Shown in pieces: positions 55,658-64,000 of a DNA stretch of 64,000 bases; positions within the stretch are counted from its first letter, which is position 1; every line of letters begins with the position of its first letter. The stretch covers positions 220,224,001-220,288,000 of the forward strand of contig OX597814.1 of assembly GCA_951406725.2 (NCBI GenBank). The letters are read 5' to 3'. Both the position numbers and the translations under genes were made by a program. The notes under the pieces were generated by a model, which worked only from the letters and a program-made list of their open reading frames with translations, ran no database searches and was not told the DNA's origin. This DNA is from Octopus vulgaris. Lineage: Eukaryota.

Positions 55658-57282
55658 AGTCAACTGCTACAAAGGTAAAGGTGATGTCTTAGATAGAAAT
55701 AATTACAGAAGTATCAAATTGTTGGATCAGGTGATGAAAGTTACAGATAGAGTCATAGCCCAACTAATTAGAGAGTTAGTCCAGATGAGATGCAGTTTGG
55801 TTTTGTGCCAGGGAGAAGCACCACTGATGCTATATTTCTGGTAAGAAAACTATAGGAGAAATACCTAGCCAAAGATAAACATCTGTACTTGGATTTTGTT
55901 GACTTGGAGAAAGCTTTTGACAGAGTTCTCACATCCCTCATCCAGTGGTCAATGGAAAAACTAGGGATAGATGAGTGGTTGGTGAGTACCATACAAGCCT
56001 TGTACAGGGAAGCTACCAGTATGGTGAGGGTGGGCAACAAGTAGAGCAAAGAATTCAGGGTACAAGTAGGCGTTCACTAAGGATCAGTGCTCAGCCCCCT
56101 CTTGCTCATCAAACAGGAAATCAAGACAGGCTGCCCCTGGGAGATTCTCTATACTGATGGTCTTGCTCATATAGTTGAATAACTACCAGAACTAGAGAAG
56201 AAGTTCCAGGTATGGAAGCAAGTTCTAGAGTTAAAGGATCTTAGAGTTAAACTAGCAAAAACCAAAGTCTTAGCAAGTAGGAAGGCAGACAAATCACAAA
56301 TCCCTTCAGGTAAATGACCCTGCTCAATTTGTAGAAAAGGTACAGGTAGAAACTCCATAAGATGCACCCAGTGTAAGTTTTGGACACATAAAAGGTGCAG
56401 CAACATCAGAAGAAGGTTAACAGAGAAACTAACTTTTGTACGTGGAAGGTGAACAGGTGAAATAAATGCTGAAAATGTGCAGAAAATAGATTCCATCAAC
56501 TGCCAGGGGGCAAGCTAGAGGCTGTAGATAGCTTCCGTTATCTAGGTGACCAAGTTAGTAGCGGAGGTGATGCTCCAAGAGTGTAGATGTGAGAATAAGA
56601 TTAGGCTGGGCAAAGTTCAGAGAGCTCCTACCCCTGCTGGCAACAAAGGGCCTCTCTCTTAGAGCGAAAGGCAGATTGTTTGCTGCCTGTGTGTGAACAG
56701 CTATGCTGCATGGCAGGGAAACATGCGTAGGCTTGAAAGAATGAAGCTAGTATGCTTTGCTGAATGTGCAATGTCAGTGTGAAGCATCTTGAGGGAAAAG
56801 TTATGCATAAGAGGAATCAGATGTGGTGTGCAGGAGAGATGACTGAGCTGGTATGGTCATGTGGTGAGAATGGATGAGGACAGTTGTGTAAAGAAGTGCT
56901 GATCTCTAAGTGTGGAGCATGATCTTTGAACAATGGGCCTCACAGAGGCAATGACTGGTGACTGAGACCTTTGGAGATGTGCTGTGCTTGAGAGGACCAG
57001 TCAAGCCAAGTGTATCCATGCTAGTGGCATGTAAAGAACATCTTTTGAATGTTGGGCCTCATGGAGGCAAAGTGGCTGCATTCCTTTCAAGTTTTGGGCC
57101 TCATGGAGGCAATGACCAAGACCTTTGGCATTATGTTGTGCATGAGAAGAAGACCCATCAAGCCGAGCAAAGTCACAGTCATGGCAGACACCGGTGTCAT
57201 GCAAATTGGCACCCATGCCGGTGGGATGTAAATGCATCCCAGTGTCATGCCAGTGGCATATAAAAGCACCCATTACACTCTC
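55658..57282 (+). pseudogene. Decayed RTE-clade LINE ORF2 (reverse transcriptase) plus 3' UTR
   Basis: YKGKGD...NYRSIKLL, QFGFVPGRSTTDAIF, FVDLEKAFDRV, GSVLSPLL, FRYLGD; several stops and frameshifts; runs into family C sequence. Confidence 0.9.
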
Positions 57283-57970
57283 AGAGAGTGAACATGTGCT
57301 CGTTTTTGCTGTCACATCTCATGAATGAACCTTTTTTGGATCGAATAGTGACTGGTGACAAGAAATAGGTTCTCTATAAGAATGTCAAGCACCAAAGACA
57401 GTGAGTAGGGAAAAGAGAAACACCAGCACCCCAGGATAAAGAAGGTTTTCACCCACGTAAGGTGTTATTATCTGTTTGGTGGGATATGAAAGGTTTAGTC
57501 CACTTTGAACTTTTAAACCTAAACCAAACGATCTACTGTGAGCAGCTTAAGTCAGCACTAGAAGAAAAACAACCAACTTTGGTTTCAAGACAAAAAGTGT
57601 TCTTCCATCAGGATAATGCTCAGCCACATACAGCAAGGATGATATTCCAAAGACTGGAGCAATTTGAATGGGAAATGATCCCCCACCCACCATCTGATTA
57701 TCATTTATTCTGCAGTCTTCAAAATCATTTGGATGGAAAAAATATGAATTCTGTAGAAGAAGTCAGGACAGTACTGGAGGAGTATTTTACATCACAGACA
57801 AGTGGATTTTGGAAGAGGGGTTCTACCAGATAGATGGAAGAGCATTGTACAAAAATGAAGGAGAGTATATTTTATATTAAAAGAGTATATTTTAGATTAA
57901 AAAAGAACTTTGTTTATCTCAATTTTGAAAAATAAAAGAAGTATAAAAAAACTGCATTATTTATGGGATA

Positions 57971-57976
<6 letters not shown>
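57283..57976 (+). mobile_element. Mariner transposon, right part (catalytic domain plus TIR, pseudogenised)
   Basis: FLDRIVTGDKK, LSVWWDMKG, FHQDNAQPH, PSDYHLFCSLQNHL. TIR ctgcattatttatgggataaccc then TA, the reverse complement of the 29429 TIR. Confidence 0.88.
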
Positions 57977-58006
<30 letters not shown>

Positions 58007-58349
58007 AATCTAAACTTGATAGGCTAAAGAGAAATTTAGGGATGCAATCTAGAATCATTGGGCAGTAGCTGCACAATTCCAAATATGTAAAGATGTATTT
58101 AGGGCAATGGAACTTTCAGTTCCTGAAGAAAAAGGTTAGTCTGAGATGTAGTTTTGGCTTTGGGTAGATAAATGGTTGCTGGGAAAAAGTCATCATACCA
58201 TGCAAGGCTAAAATCTATAATAAAATTGAAAGTTTTTTTCTGTTAGTTGTTTAGGTACAAGGAGTAAGGCAATGTTGCAATATGGCCCCTTAATATATTT
58301 AGAACTCCCTACTTGGTAAATAGGCTTTATGAGTTAACATCTCCTTTAA

Positions 58350-58569
58350 CCCTTTAGTGTTCAGATTATTCTATCAAACATAATGCCTATTGATTCCCAT
58401 TGATTTGAATTAATCATGCATTATCTCATATCTTCAAGATCTTGATGGTGTAATTACCTAATGTAGAATAACATTGTAGGGTAGGTGTGAGAGCCTGGAT
58501 CTGGCCAGTTTGAACATAAAACAGGTAGAATACTTTTGGCTGGATATGGCCGGTTTAAATACTAAAGGG
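58350..58569 (-). mobile_element. piggyBac-type MITE, second family
   Basis: Close reverse complement of 14196-14414; TTAA TSD. Confidence 0.82.
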
Positions 58570-59372
58570 TTAAAGGTCTTCTTATGGCCTGTATTTTCTT
58601 CATTGTCTTATCTTAGTTCACATCTTGCTTAATGCTCTTATTATGATTAAATTCTTGCTTAATTGTCTTTCAATGGTTAACACCTTGCTTCATGCTCTTT
58701 TAAAGAATTAACATCTTACTTAATGGCCTTTCGAAAGTTAACTCATTTCTTCAAAGTCGTTTGAATATTGACACCCAGCTCATTGTTTATTGCTAAGAAA
58801 TTTTAATTCAGAAGTTTCAAATTTTGGCAGGTTCTCTCTATCATCTCTTAAAATACGTTACTTTTAAATGCCTACTCGACACTTTGTACATATGTACTGA
58901 AGTGAATATAATGTACCACACTGATTTAAAAAAATTTTCTTTCCAAAACTTCGAGTGTAAGAGAACTTTACTCACCCGTTTTTGTCTTTTTTACTATTTA
59001 ATTTTATTTTAAAAGTTAACATATGAATGAAATTTTGAATCTTTAACAACCATCGTAAAATCTCAATTCTATAAATAATGTTCATGCTCAGTTAAAGTAT
59101 CAAAAGACAGAAAGGTGAAAGATTTTAAAGACCAAGCCATAACAACTATGAAAGTTCTCCATAGAAATTCTAAGTATTTGGCGAGCAATTAGAAATAGAT
59201 TTCAGAATATTACATCAAATTACATTAGCATATAGATATGTATACACACACACACACACACACACACATGTATATATGTGTGTGTGTGTGTGTATATATA
59301 CACTCATGTATATATAACTGTTTTTTCTATACATTCTTGCATGTTTCAATATCAGTTATATAAGGAAATATC

Positions 59373-59589
59373 TTGTAAACAGATTGTATCATCAAATCAT
59401 CAGAGATTTCATAACAAGCAGAACATTTCGAGTATCTTTCAAGCAGTAATATGGAATCAACAAATAACTGTGTTGAGATAGATCCAACACAGATGTTAAG
59501 TTTGTTGGTACCGAAATGTTGTCATAATACTTAAAATTTCTTGTTTGTTAAGCAATCTCTGATGATTTGGTGATGTAATCTGTTTACAA
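59373..59589. repeat. Imperfect inverted repeat with ~60-bp arms
   Basis: ttgtaaacagatt..caaatcatcagagatt versus aatctctgatgatttg..aatctgtttacaa. Confidence 0.8.
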
Positions 59590-59695
59590 ATTATTTACTT
59601 ATGTAACTAATATTATTGTTAATGATATATTGAACATATGCAATGATATATTGAATAAAATATAGAAGTAAATCTCTACATTTGTTTCCTATATG

Positions 59696-59729
<34 letters not shown>

Positions 59730-60994
59730 TATATACATATACACATACATGGGTGGATGATTCTCTGTTGATTTCGGCAATGAGAATACAGCTGTTTGAT
59801 CAACTGAAAGACTTGCCCATTATATTAACATATAGGTGACTGAACAATTCACAGACACAAGTACTCTTAAAACAATTCTCAAAAAGTACCAGCAAAATAC
59901 CAGCATGAGAAAGGGTGTGACAACACTGTAGCTTTGAATTACATGTACAATCCACCCAATAGGTTTCTAAAGAGTTTTCATTTATTTAAGTTCTGCAATG
60001 TGAGGATCAGAAGTGTGACGTGTCCTATTTTTGTTAGACAGTGTATTAGAAATAATCAAAATGTAATCATTGAGAAGTGTATATGGATTGACAATGGTGC
60101 AACTACTATGAATCTATGGAAGATATGGACAAGAAATTTCAGACACGGAAGCAAAACTTAGAATACAAGGGTTTTACAGTAAGCCTAACCAAAACTCTGA
60201 AGTTATACAAATTAGAAAAGAAGGCAGAATACTTCTGCCATTAAGGTAATGGCCAAATTCAGCATGTTAAATGATATAGAAATAAAAATCTTATTGACAG
60301 AACCAGGTGAAATAAGCTACATACATATCAGAAACACAGACCATACTCAATAAAAAGTGCAAGAATAATAGCAATTAAGCCCCCATCGTCACCACCACTA
60401 CCACCATCAACAGACCCTGGACATAAATACCCACCTCTTAGTACATAGATACATGTGTATACTTGTATCTGGGTGGCTGTGTAAGTAGTACATACCAGTG
60501 TGTTGCATGTATTCAGGTATAAGATTGATGGATCAATTGACAGACAAGATGCCAGAGAGGCACCATCATTATCATGTGATCAACTGTTCCTCACTTCTGG
60601 CTTTGTGCATTTATTGGAAGCAATTCTTGTAGAGATGTATTTGTAAGCACGAAAGATAATACAGAAGAATTGGTAATGCTTCTGCCACTGATCCCATCTG
60701 ATCCCAATTTTGTGTGCCTTAATGATACTATATGTGTATACATATACATATATGCGTATCTTGGTGTAAGAATTGAAATACATGCATATTCACACACAGA
60801 TGTGCATGTGCGAATGTATGAGTGCATATGTGTGTCTAAGTGTACGTGTGCATGTGTGATAATAAGCAAAAACTCTGTGTGGATAGATATGAGAGATAAG
60901 AATAAGAAGACTTACAATTATAGATCTGTGACGTACCTCGATACACTCACGCAGGGAAATAAGTGGCAAGCAGGCTTACAGATGCGCATGCATA

Positions 60995-61410
60995 TACTCT
61001 TTTACTCTTTTTTTCTCTTTTACTTGTTTCAGTCATTTGACTGCGGCCATGCTGGAGCACCGCCTTTAGTCGAGCAAATCGACCCCGGGACTTATTCTTT
61101 TTGTAAGCCCAGTACTTATTCTATCGGTCTCTTTTGCTGAACCGCTAAGTGACGGGGACGCAAACACACCAGCATCGGTTGTCAAGCAATGCTAGGGGGA
61201 CAAACACAGACACACAAACACACACAAATACATATATACATATATACGACAGGCTTCTTTCAGTTTCCGTCTACCAAATCCACTCACAAGGCATTGGTCG
61301 GCCCGGGGCTATAGCAGAAGACAGTTGCCCAAGATGTCTCGCAGTGGGACTGAACTCGGAACCATGTGGTTGGTTAGCAAGCTACTTACCACACGGCCAC
61401 TCCTGCGCCT
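60995..61410 (-). mobile_element. SINE family B
   Basis: Full-length copy. Confidence 0.88.
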
Positions 61411-61536
61411 ATATATGTACATGCACTCACAGATACACACACACACACACACAATCTGTGCATATAGCTTTGAGTAAATGAAACAAATGGAAAACCAAAC
61501 ACCAAAGAAGCACATGTACATCCACATGCTTGCCAT

Positions 61537-61567
<31 letters not shown>

Positions 61568-61774
61568 CAAATACAATAGCAAGACTCAGTCTGTCTGGTT
61601 GCGAAAGAGCATGACAGGCCTGCAGCAATAAATGTGTGTCGTTGATGTGCTCATGAATGGCAATGAAAGGACTCCAAACAAACCAACCCACTGATTGATC
61701 AATCAAATGGTCAGTCAAGCAGTTAATTAGTTAATTTGTTAATTAGTTAACTAGTTGATTATTACTATTATTAT

Positions 61775-61821
61775 TAATAATAATAATAATAATAATAATG
61801 ATAATAATAATAATAATAATA

Positions 61822-61853
<32 letters not shown>

Positions 61854-61866
61854 AATGATGATGATG

Positions 61867-61903
<37 letters not shown>

Positions 61904-61980
61904 TGATGATGATGATGATAATAATAATAAAAAAAATATTAATGATGATGATGATGATGATAATAATGATGATGATGATG

Positions 61981-62020
<40 letters not shown>
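61775..62020. repeat. (AAT)n/(GAT)n microsatellite
   Basis: Seen directly. Confidence 0.95.
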
Positions 62021-62022
<2 letters not shown>

Positions 62023-62234
62023 TGAAGTGAAACAGAACCTGTGCAAAGGTTTACATTGGGAAAACGATCCTCCCAAAGCACATCATATAACATTTTCCTC
62101 TTGCATTCCCTTTCACCTCACACTTGCATCCGACACTTCCTTCTTCTCTCCACACGTTCTTCTCACCAGTAAAAATGGTAAAATGGCAAATGGAACAAAA
62201 ATAGATAAACGGTAACAAGAAGAAGAGCACTTAC

Positions 62235-62365
62235 TGTTTACGACAAGGTGAAATGATTTATAAGTTTCCCCGGCAGCATTTTGAGCAAAACACTGGTATT
62301 TCCCAGAGTCCATGGAGTTAACATTGTTAATTTTCAGAGTTCCATTGGGAAGAATTCTATGCTTA
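62235..62365 (-). CDS. sdk: Sidekick-like exon: C-terminal half of an Ig domain (Ig4)
   Basis: Acceptor ctcctttttttccag|T, donor AACA|gtaagt. 131 bp, phase 2->1. Translation KHRILPNGTLKINNVNSMDSGKYQCFAQNAAGETYKSFHLVVN contains the I-set D-x-G-x-Y-x-C motif. Confidence 0.92.
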
Positions 62366-62606
62366 CTGGAAAAAAAGGAGAGAGAAATTGAAAAATGAGT
62401 AGAGAGTTTGTAAGATGTGAGAAAATTCTAGAAAATATATATATATACACAAACTTAGTTGAGGCTGTAGAGGAAACAAGGAATAAAATAAGAACAAAAA
62501 CAAATAAAAATTAAAATAAAAACTAAATTAAGGCAATGAGAAATCCTATATGGAATAAGTATGCATGCACCATCACATATATACTTATATACACACACAC
62601 ACACAC

Positions 62607-62653
<47 letters not shown>

Positions 62654-62659
62654 TACATT

Positions 62660-62696
<37 letters not shown>

Positions 62697-63200
62697 GTTT
62701 ATGCACACGCACACTCTTCTGATAAACATAAATGAACTGTGGTCTAGGCTGCATTGAAACACATTCTTATACTATATATATATTTGCACACACACATATA
62801 ACCACACATACACACATTTATCAAACTACCACTGTAAAGAGTATAAATTGAAAAACACATCTCTTCAATTGTAAAGTGGTAACAGTACATTATTAAATAA
62901 AATTTCTTCTGCCACAATAACAGAATTATTGATGAAATTGCCATCCTTGTAAACAGATCTCACTATTCACATTTTTGGTATGAGTTTGAGATATGAAATT
63001 GAGTGTGGAAATAGAAATGGTATTTATTTGGTTCCTTTCAACACCATTTCCCCATCTTTATATGTGTATTGGCATATTTGAATGTCATCATCACCATCAT
63101 TGTTGTTATTTTAATAACTGTATGTTTATGTCAGTGTCAGTTGGAAATATGCATAACAGAAACACAACAAATTGCGCATGCATACTCATATACATACACC

Positions 63201-63236
<36 letters not shown>

Positions 63237-64000
63237 TAGGTACATACATATATAGGATCAATATCTGCCTGTTTACAGCTGCTGTCACTCTGAAAGAACA
63301 CCTAGGAGATACCTGCTGTGCATGTGATAATGAAATAACTTAATATAAGCAACCCATGTGGATAGCAAAACCAAATGAAAATATCAACAGTCTGCAATAT
63401 GGAATCAGATATTTAGGTGCCTTCATAAGGTGTAATGTGAATACTAAGCCCACCACACACTAACAGTATTTTATGATAAAAAAAAAAAAGGACAAACAAA
63501 AACAGAAATAAAAAATAAAAAATCCGACTAAATGTGCAGGGATTCACCACTCAACTTCTTGAGGAGAAATTAATAATTTGAAAGCATAGCTCAAAACACT
63601 GAGTGAAAAATGCCATTATTGAGAAAGCTACTTTATCAAGCCTATATTAATCACAAATTTACTTGTAACCCACAAGCTGTTTACTGTGAAAGAAAATATC
63701 TTCATAAAAAGGGCCTATTTATTCCCAGGAACACCTTAACTCATTTTGGTCTATGATCTGGAATGAAAAGAAGAAGCTTAATCACAATGCATCTAGAGTG
63801 AATTCAATCAGAAAGGCATATTGTACCAACATTTACGGTAAAATACATACCATACACACTCAAGCTTTCACTAAAGCTGTGAGAAAGCTTTATAATGGAA
63901 ACCGTTATAAGATGCAGAGTGTGCATTTAAAAGAACTATGATGGGCCAACTTGACATAGTGAATTGGCTTGCAGAGTATAGAGAAATCTTGTATCCAAGA

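Noticed and set aside
60580-60869. Minus-strand ORFs in the Ig4-Ig5 intron
   Set aside because: No Ig motif; 62235 splices in frame directly to 41165.

Overview
AT-rich, repeat-dense eukaryotic (metazoan) DNA; the SINE/LINE/microsatellite content is consistent with an octopus genome (inference). The window appears to lie inside one large minus-strand gene encoding a Sidekick-type Ig/FN3 cell-adhesion protein. I reconstructed six GT-AG exons joined in frame through phase-1 introns (62235-62365, 41046-41165, 34229-34396, 13635-13925, 7870-8010, 4224-4418). They encode the second half of Ig4, Ig5, Ig6 and FN3-1; domain numbers are inferred from Sidekick architecture. The Ig5 domain has lost both canonical cysteines. 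Introns contain three tRNA-derived SINE families (called A, B, D here), many RTE-LINE 3' ends (family C), RTE ORF2 remnants, mariner and maT/DD37D remnants, piggyBac-type MITEs, non-autonomous Helitrons, several fold-back elements and decayed hammerhead-like motifs (probably Penelope-related), and long microsatellites. Almost all ORFs in the supplied track are repeat artefacts. All alignments were done by eye and repeat boundaries are approximate.
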